A DNA stretch of 64,000 nt, taken from an uncultured virus (IMG/VR IMGVR_UViG_3300005549_000001). Lineage: Duplodnaviria; Heunggongvirae; Uroviricota; Caudoviricetes. The stretch's first letter is position 1. Each line of letters starts with the position of its first letter. Under the pieces are notes generated by a model. It did not search any database, had not been told where the DNA came from, and worked only from the letters and a program-made list of their open reading frames with translations. This document shows positions 26,828-35,378 of this stretch, one piece after another. A program made the translations under genes and the position numbers. The stretch is taken from IMG/VR virus record IMGVR_UViG_3300005549_000001; one strand, 5' to 3'.

Positions 26828-27549
26828 CCTCGCCTCCCGAGCCACCAGATCTCGCGCAGGCGGTGCGGATGGTCGACATCTGCGCGCCTGAAGCCGTCGA
26901 CGCCGACGAACATGCCCTGCTGGACGAAGCCATTTTGATCCGGATCAAAACTTGTCGGATTCGTCAGACACGCGGTCTCGTCGCAGACGACCTTCACGAC
27001 CGGAACGGACAAGAGTCTCTCGCGCGTGAATGGCTCGCACTTGCCGAGCGGAAAATCGTACGACGGGTCAGCGTAGAGCCACTCGCCCTTGATGCGGCAC
27101 GCGCAGAGTACGTGCTGAATAGCCCTCGCAGATCCGTAAGCGTGGCCGACGATCATCGTGTGAATGCCCACCGAGAGAAAGCTCGCGGCGAGCAGAACGG
27201 CCATGTCGTCGCAGTCACCCGAGTTGAAGCACGGCCCGTGCTTGTCGTCCTTGCTGCACGCTAGCAGGTGCGCTCCCTTGATGTACTCGGTGCCGACGGG
27301 GTCAGGTACCCACGTCTTTGTCTGCTGCACGGCGCGGAGCAAGATCTCGGCCCGCGCTCGGTCTCCCTTGACGACCTGACCACCGAGGCGCGCGCCGTGG
27401 ATGTGCTCCCCAGCCCACTCCTTGACGCGCGGGTGGTTGCCTCCCTGCGCGGACCGCTTGGCGACCTCCTCGAGCGAGCTCCTGACTCCTTCTTCGCCGA
27501 AGGGGTGGGCCCGCTTCTCTACTTTAGGGTTCCACTCGCCGGGGGGCAC
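26824..27549 (-). CDS. Transglutaminase-like (papain-fold) cysteine protease or acyltransferase
   Basis: GDCDD (Cys), QHV (His), WLYADPS (Asp) triad in canonical order. Confidence 0.85.
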   Translation of the reverse strand: MPPGEWNPKVEKRAHPFGEEGVRSSLEEVAKRSAQGGNHPRVKEWAGEHIHGARLGGQVVKGDRARAEILLRAVQQTKTWVPDPVGTEYIKGAHLLACSKDDKHGPCFNSGDCDDMAVLLAASFLSVGIHTMIVGHAYGSARAIQHVLCACRIKGEWLYADPSYDFPLGKCEPFTRERLLSVPVVKVVCDETACLTNPTSFDPDQNGFVQQGMFVGVDGFRRADVDHPHRLREIWWLGRRG

Positions 27550-27554
27550 GCACG

Positions 27555-29033
27555 CTAGTCTGCCACTTCGGCGGGCGACTCCACAACCTCGGCCTCAAGG
27601 ACCGGCAAGTCGACGGGAGGGTCGATGGGCGCCGGTGGCGGAGTTTCCTGCGGGGCTACGCGCGGTTTGCTGAACTTCTCCCACGGGTGTTCGGGCGGCG
27701 ATTGCTCGGGTTGCGGCGCGACAGGTACCGAAGGCGGCTGCCAATTCGGAGTCTGGTGCACGTGAGGCTGTTGCTGCTGCATCTGTGGCTGTGGCGCTTC
27801 GTGACCCTGCAGCGTTTTCTGCTGTGAGGCGCGGTTGGAGATAGCCTCGGCCTGCTGCATCAAGTGCACCTGCTCGCGCATGACGCGCATGCGGTCTTCA
27901 CTGATGTCGCTGAACAGCTTCTTGACCTTGCCGAGCAAACCGTCGAAGAGGCCCTCGTACTTGTCCAAGTTCATGAGCAGCGGCGCGGTGACTTCACCGT
28001 CGGCGTTCGCGATCATGCGCACGGGGCCGAAGTCCTTCACCTTCGTAGGGAAATCGGGATCACTCTGCGGCGGAGGCGGCGTCTCGGGTTCGGAGTCTCC
28101 TCCGCCGCCAAATGTGTTCACGAGACTGTCTCGTATCGAATTTACCTGCGTCAGCATCGCGCTCATCTCGTTGAGCTGCTCGATGGGCCCCTTGGGAGGA
28201 GGCGGCGGAGGCGGGGGCGGCATCTGAACCTGCGGCGCGGCGGTGGGTTGCGCGTAGTACTGCTGTGCGGTGAGCGCGGCATTTCGCGCGTTCGCGTCGT
28301 TCAGCTGCGTAATGAGCGTGGTCAGGAGCGCGCCAATGGTCGGATCGAGCCCGGGCGGCAGCTGGATCGGAGGCGGCGCCGGCATAGGCGGTGGCGCCTG
28401 CTGCTGCTGAGGCTGCTGCTGAGGCTGCTGCTGGATATACACGGGAGGCGGAGCGTAACCCTGCATGGGCGGGACGCCGTACGGCGGAGGCATCTGCGGC
28501 GAGTACGGAGCGGGTCCGTAGGGAGCTGGTGGCTGTTGTCCGTGTCCGTATCGTCGCATCTCGTCCTCGCGAAGTTGGATGTTACCGCTGGCGAACGGGT
28601 AGCGGCCGCCGTGCACCTCCCACCGGAACACTGCTCGCTCGCCGTTCCACAGGTCCTGGACGATGTGCGACCGCATGAGCTCGTAAGTCCTGATCTGCGA
28701 CAGGTGCTTCTCTCCGAAGCTGTGGTCGACCTCGGGCTCGAGCTGGTAGATGCGCACCCGCGCCTCGGGGTGGATGTCGAACATCGCGTTGTATTTGACC
28801 GGGTCCGGAGCGTTGAACGGTACGCCTTTTTCTCCTGAGCTCTTGCGGGAAACCGCCTTCTGATATTCGGCTGCGTATCGCGAGCCCTCGGAGTCGAGGG
28901 GCATGTGCTTCGCCTCCTCTGCGGAGATCTCGGCGTCGTTTAAGGGAGCGCCGAAAGCGTCGACCGGCGTACCCTCGACGAAGAGCGGCCCCTCGTCTTC
29001 GGCACTTCCATTTCGCTTCCTTTTTCTCGCCAT
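27555..29033 (-). CDS. Pro/Gln-rich low-complexity protein
   Basis: Globular N-terminus, PY/PPP/QQQ tracts, short coiled coils. Confidence 0.6.
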   Translation of the reverse strand: MARKRKRNGSAEDEGPLFVEGTPVDAFGAPLNDAEISAEEAKHMPLDSEGSRYAAEYQKAVSRKSSGEKGVPFNAPDPVKYNAMFDIHPEARVRIYQLEPEVDHSFGEKHLSQIRTYELMRSHIVQDLWNGERAVFRWEVHGGRYPFASGNIQLREDEMRRYGHGQQPPAPYGPAPYSPQMPPPYGVPPMQGYAPPPVYIQQQPQQQPQQQQAPPPMPAPPPIQLPPGLDPTIGALLTTLITQLNDANARNAALTAQQYYAQPTAAPQVQMPPPPPPPPPKGPIEQLNEMSAMLTQVNSIRDSLVNTFGGGGDSEPETPPPPQSDPDFPTKVKDFGPVRMIANADGEVTAPLLMNLDKYEGLFDGLLGKVKKLFSDISEDRMRVMREQVHLMQQAEAISNRASQQKTLQGHEAPQPQMQQQQPHVHQTPNWQPPSVPVAPQPEQSPPEHPWEKFSKPRVAPQETPPPAPIDPPVDLPVLEAEVVESPAEVAD

Positions 29034-29041
29034 GGTCGCCG

Positions 29042-29374
29042 CTACGTAACCACGGGCTCGGCCGCAGTCACGACGGCCGGCACGAGCAAGTTCAACCTCG
29101 CGCGCCAGAGCTGTCGCGTCGCGTCCATGATGGCGTCGGTGTTCGGAAAGAGCTCGTCGCCCTGCGCGTTCGTCTGCAGCACCACGGTGCGCTCGAGGAA
29201 CGGCGCCTCAGCACACTGGGGATCCACAACGACGACGGTCACGTCGCTCACGACGTCCATGCCGAGCAAGTCGAGCTCGCCGGTGTTGAGTACGATGGCC
29301 TGGACTCGGGCCAGGAGCGCCGATGCCCGAGCGAGCCCTACTCGAATCGCGTAAGCCAGTGTGACGGTTGCCAT
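29042..29374 (-). CDS. Hypothetical protein
   Basis: Packed ORF with AAGGAG RBS. Confidence 0.5.
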   Translation of the reverse strand: MATVTLAYAIRVGLARASALLARVQAIVLNTGELDLLGMDVVSDVTVVVVDPQCAEAPFLERTVVLQTNAQGDELFPNTDAIMDATRQLWRARLNLLVPAVVTAAEPVVT

Positions 29375-29590
29375 TTACTTCTTCTCCTTGCGCCGCCGCC
29401 CGTTAGAGTGCAAGAGCGGCTCCTCTCCATGCATTCGCGCGATGGCGAGCGAAACAACCGAAGTCTGCGGAATGTGCAGCGCTTCCGACAGCTCGGTCAT
29501 CTTCTGAATTATCTCGCGGTCCAAGTGAAATTGTCGGCGGAGTCCGGGTCGACCCTTAGGTCGGCCATTCCTAGCGGGCGTCGGGTCCAT
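29375..29590 (-). CDS. Ribbon-helix-helix DNA-binding protein
   Basis: RRQFHLDREIIQKMTELSEALHIPQTSVVSLAI fits an RHH strand-helix-helix. Confidence 0.55.
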   Translation of the reverse strand: MDPTPARNGRPKGRPGLRRQFHLDREIIQKMTELSEALHIPQTSVVSLAIARMHGEEPLLHSNGRRRKEKK

Positions 29591-30044
29591 TAGGTGCTCC
29601 AAGTGCGGGGGCGTCGGGAGTCGCTTCGTCTTCTTCGATCTTCTCGACGAAGAAGTCGTGAATGATCGAGTGCGCCTCCTTGATCACTACGATCTCTTCA
29701 GTGAACACGACCATCGACGCAAAAACGCGGCGGCACACGACATTTTTCGCTGCCTGCATCTCGTTCAAGAGCCTCTGGGGGTCGGGCTTGATCTGCGACT
29801 GCTTGCTGACGAAGGCGCTGATGTCGCGGTAGTACTGAAACAGCGCCGCGCAGAGATTCTCAGGTAGAAGCCAGATCTCGTACTGCGCCGCCGTCTTCTC
29901 AGTGGTCTGCTCGTCGAGCTTCGAGAGTTCCTCGGGACGATCGATGATGAGGCCTATCGGGCAGCCGTCCTCCTTGAACCACTTGCTGCCGACGCTGAGC
30001 GACTTGCCAGACACGAGCTCGAGCCGGGTAATGAAGGTCGGCAT
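29571..30044 (-). CDS. Hypothetical protein, first gene of the structural operon
   Basis: ORF track; preceded by a promoter-like sequence. Confidence 0.55.
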   Translation of the reverse strand: MPTFITRLELVSGKSLSVGSKWFKEDGCPIGLIIDRPEELSKLDEQTTEKTAAQYEIWLLPENLCAALFQYYRDISAFVSKQSQIKPDPQRLLNEMQAAKNVVCRRVFASMVVFTEEIVVIKEAHSIIHDFFVEKIEEDEATPDAPALGAPNGPDAR

Positions 30045-30052
30045 GCAGAGAA

Positions 30053-30082
30053 AGGCTACTCTGCAACCCCTAAAAGAGTCAA
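30053..30082 (-). promoter_or_regulatory. Sigma70-like promoter for the structural operon
   Basis: Minus-strand TTGACT-N18-TAGCCT, ending about 8 nt before ATG 30044. Confidence 0.4.
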
Positions 30083-30083
30083 G

Positions 30084-30449
30084 TTAGCGTCGGATACGCA
30101 GCGTAACTTGGTCCTGCTGCTCTTCGAACGGCGGCTTCAAGTCCCGCACGGTGTCCTGACCACTGGGCGGCGGCTTGAGGTTCAAGAAGACGAATTTGCG
30201 GTTCAAGGCCTCCTTCTCGGGCACGGGCGGCGCGGCGATCTTCTGAGTACGGCGAGTGCGCTCGACGAGCTTTCGGTAGAGCGTCATGCGCACCCTCGGC
30301 GTCTTCTCGCGAGGGTTGCGCGTCACCTCGTCGAAGCTGTTGACGAATCGGTCAAAAGCTCGGCGCTCGGACTCGGACGCAACCCACACGCCGAGCAAAT
30401 AGAAGAGCGCCGGCGCGACGACGATCAGAAGTATGAACCACTCACTCAC
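30084..30449 (-). CDS. Small N-terminal TM protein
   Basis: WFILLIVVAPALFYLLGVWV. Confidence 0.5.
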   Translation of the reverse strand: MSEWFILLIVVAPALFYLLGVWVASESERRAFDRFVNSFDEVTRNPREKTPRVRMTLYRKLVERTRRTQKIAAPPVPEKEALNRKFVFLNLKPPPSGQDTVRDLKPPFEEQQDQVTLRIRR

Positions 30450-30698
30450 GCACTTGGTGATCGCACTGGACCGCGAACGCGCAAGGCGACCTAGTAGCAG
30501 GGATACTCACACGGAAAATTCCCTAGCCTTCGTCGAGGTTTGTCTGCGAGTCATCCTGCACCGTGGCCGGCCGCCGCGCTTCGCACTCCTCTTCCGCTCG
30601 CATTCGCGCGAGCACATCGTCGACCAGGTCGGCGTCGTACTTCAAGGCAAGAAGCTTCTTCCGGAGTTCTTCGAAGCCGTCCACGCTAAACTCCGATC

Positions 30699-30926
30699 AT
30701 GACTGCTGAGGAAGATCTCGTCCAGCACGCGGAGCGCGAGGTTATAGACGCGGCAGTCGAGTGGGCCAGGGAACAGCAGCGGCAGCCGCCGGTGACGCAG
30801 TCGCCATCAGCTTCCCGCCTGCGCACCGCCTGCTACATGCTCCACCGCGCGCGCACCATCACGGGCAAGGTGCGGATGGAGGACGTCGAGCGGGCAATGG
30901 CCGAGGACGAAAAGAAGAAGCGCTAG
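30699..30926 (+). CDS. Hypothetical protein
   Basis: Plus-strand ORF filling the gap between minus-strand operons; convergent stop overlap. Confidence 0.45.
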   Translation: MTAEEDLVQHAEREVIDAAVEWAREQQRQPPVTQSPSASRLRTACYMLHRARTITGKVRMEDVERAMAEDEKKKR

Positions 30927-31288
30927 GCCGCGATGCCGAGCTCGGCGAGCGTCTGTTCGGGCGGCTCCTCGCCGAGGAAGGTGAGGTCGCGCACGAGGAC
31001 GCCGTGGGCTGCGGCGTGATCGCTCTCTCGCTTCATGCCGCTCGAGACGCGGCCTCCGACGAGCCAGATCTCGTCGCAGCGCTCGACGGTCGCGCAGTCG
31101 ACGGTGAGGCCGAGCTCGCGGTTTTCCTGCGTCTCGCTGAGCTCCTGGGAGAGCACGATCCAGGTCGCGACCGGCGCGAAGCCCTGGCGGGCCGCCCACG
31201 CGCACCAGCGCGCGGCGCGGCGGCGGTTGAGCCCCATCTCCTGCTGCGTCGGGGCGGCGAGCGCGTGGGCAATGTAGACGACCTTCAT
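30923..31288 (-). CDS. Nucleoside deoxyribosyltransferase-like (DUF4406-type) protein
   Basis: VVYIAH...CDEIWLVGGRVSSGMKRE. Confidence 0.7.
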   Translation of the reverse strand: MKVVYIAHALAAPTQQEMGLNRRRAARWCAWAARQGFAPVATWIVLSQELSETQENRELGLTVDCATVERCDEIWLVGGRVSSGMKRESDHAAAHGVLVRDLTFLGEEPPEQTLAELGIAA

Positions 31289-32070
31289 TTTTTGAAACCC
31301 TCCATGAAGAGCTCGTGCGTGCGCGGAAACTTTTCGCGCACGAAGTTCAGAATCTCATTGGCGTAGACGCGGATCTCGTACTGCGCGTTCTTCGCCGCGC
31401 GCAGCCGACAGAACCCGAGCCAGCCTCGAAGGTTTGCCGTCGCGCGCATGCGCGAGTATCGACCGACCGGCACCGGCAGACGCGCGAGCTCCTTCGGCAC
31501 GCCGAGCTGAAGCCCGCGCTGGTACACGCGCTCGGAGGCAGCGTAGACGAGCTCTAGCTCGCCGAGCCACTCCTCGGCATTGTCCCTCGTGCACTCGCCC
31601 GCGAGCGACGCAGCCTGCCGGTTCTTGGTCGCGCGCGAGCCCTCGACGATGCGCTCGACGGTCGGGCAGTAATTCTCGTCCGGCAGCGGTACGTAGCGCG
31701 CGCTCATCTCGTTGTAGCCGAAGGGGACACGGTGTCGGTGCCACTCGCGGAACACCATGATCGGCGCCTTCACCTCCACGGTCATGCCCGCCATCTCGAA
31801 GGGCGTCGCGTGTTCGTTTTCCCAGAGGTAGCGCAGGAGCTTCTCGTCACCTGGCTTGTTCACGTGGCGGCCCGTGCCCCAGCAGGTCCTGCAGTTGTGA
31901 TTCGGACCGTAGCCCGGTTCACGACCCGTACCACCGCACCCGTTACACTGTTCTTCGCCGCCCCACCCGAGAAAGCCCTTGTTCGTGCTCATGCGGGCCG
32001 CCTCGATGATGCTCTGGTCTGAGCCCCAGCTCTCAACGAGCTCGATGCTGCCGTGGTCGAGTACTTTCAT
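31285..32070 (-). CDS. thyX: FAD-dependent thymidylate synthase
   Basis: HATPFE, APIMVFREWHRHR..YNEMSARY, ELARL, AQYEIR. ATGA-coupled start at 32070. Confidence 0.95.
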   Translation of the reverse strand: MKVLDHGSIELVESWGSDQSIIEAARMSTNKGFLGWGGEEQCNGCGGTGREPGYGPNHNCRTCWGTGRHVNKPGDEKLLRYLWENEHATPFEMAGMTVEVKAPIMVFREWHRHRVPFGYNEMSARYVPLPDENYCPTVERIVEGSRATKNRQAASLAGECTRDNAEEWLGELELVYAASERVYQRGLQLGVPKELARLPVPVGRYSRMRATANLRGWLGFCRLRAAKNAQYEIRVYANEILNFVREKFPRTHELFMEGFKK

Positions 32071-32441
32071 CGGTTCTTGTTCTCCTTCGCGAACTTCTGC
32101 TGCCTCTCGACGGCGAGCTCGACGCAGCGCACCGGGTCGAGCCCGAGGTCGTCGCACCAGCGCACCATCGAGAAGACGATGTTGCCCATCGCCGTCCCGA
32201 GTTCGTCAGCCGACAACATCTGCCGGTCCTTGTCGGCGCCGCGCGCGATGCGCGCGAGCTTGCCGAGGTCGACGCCGAGCCGGACGACGATGCCCTCGAG
32301 CGAGAGCTTGTCAGGTCCCCAGATCTCGCGGCCGAGCTCGAGCATGTGCGACAGCGGCCACCTGCAGCTCAGCAAAAGCTCATTTAGGTCACGCGCATCG
32401 CGGCGGAGCCTCTCAAGCTCCTCTTCCCTGCTCTCGATCAT
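32067..32441 (-). CDS. MazG-like all-alpha protein
   Basis: Degenerate pattern: DLGKLAR...DELGTAMGNIVF...LGLDP. Confidence 0.45.
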   Translation of the reverse strand: MIESREEELERLRRDARDLNELLLSCRWPLSHMLELGREIWGPDKLSLEGIVVRLGVDLGKLARIARGADKDRQMLSADELGTAMGNIVFSMVRWCDDLGLDPVRCVELAVERQQKFAKENKNR

Positions 32442-32932
32442 GACAACACCAAAGGAAAGGGCCGCGCACTACCAGGCACTCCGCGCGGGTGACGAGGTAA
32501 GCCGTCCTTCGTCAACGCGAGCGCATGCGGGACCTTGCCTGCAGCGAGCACGAGCTCGAGCACGCGCGTACTTCGTTCTCCTGCAAGATGGCCGTAACAA
32601 CAGACGACGAGATCGGCTTCGTGAGCCGCATCCTTGATCCAAGAATCAGTCTCGGACCCTATCCCCTCAGGATCTGCTGGAACGTCTTTCGGATTAGTTG
32701 AAACATATGATCGCGCATTAACCATCTGCAGCCAACCGAAGCCGAGATCTTCGGCTAGATTTCGCAAACGAGAAATCGTCGGGTCAGACAGAATACGGCC
32801 GCGTTCAATGCGGCCCGCCTTGCTCGGGTTGGCTCCAATGCTCAGCAAGACGCGATCGTTTTCCAATGACGTCGGCCACGCTAGGAAGTATCTATACGGG
32901 CCTTCAAACACAGCATAAGGCTCGCGCCTCAC
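32438..32932 (-). CDS. DUF1643 family protein
   Basis: YRYFL.W, IGANPSKA, DPTI.R, VN...ST.P, LTKDG.PRHP. Confidence 0.8.
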   Translation of the reverse strand: MRREPYAVFEGPYRYFLAWPTSLENDRVLLSIGANPSKAGRIERGRILSDPTISRLRNLAEDLGFGWLQMVNARSYVSTNPKDVPADPEGIGSETDSWIKDAAHEADLVVCCYGHLAGERSTRVLELVLAAGKVPHALALTKDGLPRHPRGVPGSARPFPLVLS

Positions 32933-33243
32933 GGCTCATCTCCGTACACGCGCTCGAGGCGCGCCGCTGCCTGGTCCGCACCATTGTCGAGCGCGTCGAG
33001 CTCGAGCCGCTGGATTACGCGGTCGAGGTACCAGCGGGCCTTCTTCAGGTCCTCGAGCTCGCGGCCCTTGTGCTTGGCGCGGGCCACGTACTTGACGACG
33101 TTGCCCTCGTGGAAGCCGAGCTTCCAGTCCTCGATCGCGTCGATGACTTCGATCTTGCCCGTCGTGTAGTGCGACGGATGATTGACCGCATCACCTTCTT
33201 TGCCACTCGGCCACCTACCCGGCATGTCCGTTCGCCTTTCCAT
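32929..33243 (-). CDS. DUF3310 family protein
   Basis: VNHPSHY..GKIEVIDAIE, GNVVKY..RA.HKG..EDLKKARWYL. Start may be 33225. Confidence 0.85.
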   Translation of the reverse strand: MERRTDMPGRWPSGKEGDAVNHPSHYTTGKIEVIDAIEDWKLGFHEGNVVKYVARAKHKGRELEDLKKARWYLDRVIQRLELDALDNGADQAAARLERVYGDEP

Positions 33244-33550
33244 TCGACTTGGTCTTCTTCTCGAGCTTCGGTGGCGGAGGCCTCGAGCACAGCGCCCTCA
33301 GCCCCCAGCCGATCGAGTCGGCGAGCTTCTTCGTCAGGTGCTCCGAGTGAAAGACGTGGCACTGGCTGTACGAAAGGCGCTGGCCGTCGCGCATGATGCC
33401 CGAGAGCTCGTAGGCCCGGTACGCCGTCTGCGCGAGCGCCTCCTTGCGGTTGAACGTGTCGTCCTGGTCCACGACGACCCACACGACCTCCGTCGGGGGT
33501 GGCGGCGCGAAGTCCCTCTCGGGCGTCTCCCTCACGACCTTGACCTTCAT
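33215..33550 (-). CDS. Hypothetical protein
   Basis: ATGA-coupled start MKVKVVRE. Confidence 0.5.
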   Translation of the reverse strand: MKVKVVRETPERDFAPPPPTEVVWVVVDQDDTFNRKEALAQTAYRAYELSGIMRDGQRLSYSQCHVFHSEHLTKKLADSIGWGLRALCSRPPPPKLEKKTKSNGKANGHAG

Positions 33551-33807
33551 TCGGTACCCTTCTCCGTGGTGACGACGCTCATGAGGGCCCAGCCCGCCTG
33601 CAGGCCGAGGATCGGGCCGAGGAGCATGTGCGTGACGGTGACGCGCGCGTAGCGGCCCGTGTACTTCTTCTTGTCGGGGTCCCACTCGCGGAGGTGGAGC
33701 TCGTCATGCACGCGAAACGGCAGGTCGTAGCGCCGAAGCTCGTAGCTCTTGGTTCCCTTTACGATCAGCTCGAAGAACGCGGGCCAGGTCTTGAGCTCGT
33801 GGATCAC
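33547..33807 (-). CDS. DUF3850 / ASCH-like protein
   Basis: HELKTWP.FF..I..G.K..ELR..D..F...D.L.LREW....YTGR. Confidence 0.85.
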   Translation of the reverse strand: MIHELKTWPAFFELIVKGTKSYELRRYDLPFRVHDELHLREWDPDKKKYTGRYARVTVTHMLLGPILGLQAGWALMSVVTTEKGTE

Positions 33808-34121
33808 TCCGACCTCGGAAGGGCGTGACTGCTCACGTCCACGGCCTGGTGCACCTCGGGCAATCCGACGCCGACGTCGAGGAGCCCCTTGGCGGCGTAC
33901 GCCAGGAGGTACACCCACACCGTCGCCACTGTCCTCTCGTCGGGTACACCGAACCTCGCGGTCAGGTCCACAACGTCGTGGACGTCGGAGACCGGCATGC
34001 CGCGCTGCAGGAGCTCGGCAACCGACAGCGTCAGCACGCAGCCGAGCGTGAGCCGCGCCGAGCGCTGCGGGTCGCCCCTCAGCCCCTCGAGCAGCTCGCG
34101 CGTCTTCTCCTCCTCCGTCAC
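33804..34121 (-). CDS. Hypothetical helical protein with an internal duplication
   Basis: LLQRGMPVSDVHDVVD / LLDVGVGLPEVHQAVD. Confidence 0.5.
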   Translation of the reverse strand: MTEEEKTRELLEGLRGDPQRSARLTLGCVLTLSVAELLQRGMPVSDVHDVVDLTARFGVPDERTVATVWVYLLAYAAKGLLDVGVGLPEVHQAVDVSSHALPRSE

Positions 34122-34307
34122 GAGGAACCCGCCTCGCTCTTCACTTCCCTGCGATCGTCCTGCGGGAGTTCCGGCAGCGCCTCCCAGCGGTGATTGTCGT
34201 CGTCGAGGATCCAAGCCCTGCCTCGATTGTCGAGCGCGACGACGTCCTCGCCGGCGCCGCAGACCTGAGTGATAAAGTACTTGTTCATTTGTTGTTCTCC
34301 TCTTTCT

Positions 34308-34577
34308 TTACGATCCATTGGGCCTGCGACGGAGCTCCTTGGCCGCCTCGGCCCGCACGCGCGTGCGCTTCCTCGCTGCTGGGCGCGGCACGAGGCGCAC
34401 CTGCACGTCGAGGTCAAGTGCGCGGGCGCACCGCTTGAACACGCGCTCGGTGATGCTTGAGCGGCGGAGCACCTGATAGGCCCAGCTCGGCGCTTGCCCG
34501 ACCGCGCGCGAGAGCTCGGCGTGCGAGACGCCCTGCTTCTCGCAGGCCTCCAGAATGATCTTGGCGAACGACTTCAT
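34308..34577 (-). CDS. XRE-family HTH regulator
   Basis: GVSHAELSRAVGQAPSW...ARALD. Confidence 0.75.
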   Translation of the reverse strand: MKSFAKIILEACEKQGVSHAELSRAVGQAPSWAYQVLRRSSITERVFKRCARALDLDVQVRLVPRPAARKRTRVRAEAAKELRRRPNGS

Positions 34578-35152
34578 GCTCTCCTCGACGAAATGACGGA
34601 CTCCTTGCGGACGACGATGCCGGGAATGTCCGGCTTGCCGTCCTGGGCGCGCACGGCCTCACCGATCTTCACCATGTCAGGCGTCAGGTACTCGCGCGGT
34701 ATCTGAGAGGCATCGACGATCTCGAACACCCAGATGAAGCGCTGCGAGATGCCGCGAGGCAGCTCCGCTCGCGCGACAGTGGCGAGCGCCTCGTTCGCCT
34801 GCGCGGGCGTCTCAGCCGCGGCGGCAGCCTGGATGGCGCGGAGGTTTTTCGCCTCGCTCTCGGCGAGGTAGCCGGCGATGCGCGACTTCAAGTCGCGCTC
34901 GGCCTCCTCGAGCGACCGCTTCATCGGCCGGAAGAGCTCGTTCACCTCCCGCAGGGCCTTATTGAGCGGACCCGTAATAGCCGTTCGCTTCTCCTCCACC
35001 TCGGAGAGCCACTGCTTGACCAGCCGAAGTCCCTGCGCCGCGAGCTCCTTCTCCTCGTCGTTCGAGATCTCCTGCGCCCGCACGAGCTCGAGATCGTCGC
35101 GGTGCGCGGCAAACTCCGTCGTCGCGACCTTAGCTTGAACTATCGCTTCCAT
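34574..35152 (-). CDS. Coiled-coil phage protein (Gp157/Gam-like)
   Basis: Long coiled coil followed by IVDASQIPREYL.PD...I...IPGI. Confidence 0.5.
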   Translation of the reverse strand: MEAIVQAKVATTEFAAHRDDLELVRAQEISNDEEKELAAQGLRLVKQWLSEVEEKRTAITGPLNKALREVNELFRPMKRSLEEAERDLKSRIAGYLAESEAKNLRAIQAAAAAETPAQANEALATVARAELPRGISQRFIWVFEIVDASQIPREYLTPDMVKIGEAVRAQDGKPDIPGIVVRKESVISSRRA

Positions 35153-35376
35153 CAGGTCCTCACGACGAAGACTTCGTCGTCGGCTCCTACTCCCATCGAC
35201 TCACGAATTCGGGCGGCCTGTTCGGACTCGCTCGAGCGCTTCAGCTTTCCTTCGAGTACTACATCCTCCTGAAACTTACCGATGAGAACCTCGTCATCGG
35301 GTCCTGCCCCAATCTCCCTGCGAATTTGGGCGGCCTTTTCTGACTCGCTCGCACGCAGCAATTTTCCTCCAGGCAT
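35152..35376 (-). CDS. Small protein made of two tandem repeats
   Basis: GKL.R.SESE.AA.IR...G.G.DDEV occurs twice. Confidence 0.6.
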   Translation of the reverse strand: MPGGKLLRASESEKAAQIRREIGAGPDDEVLIGKFQEDVVLEGKLKRSSESEQAARIRESMGVGADDEVFVVRT

Positions 35377-35378
35377 TT

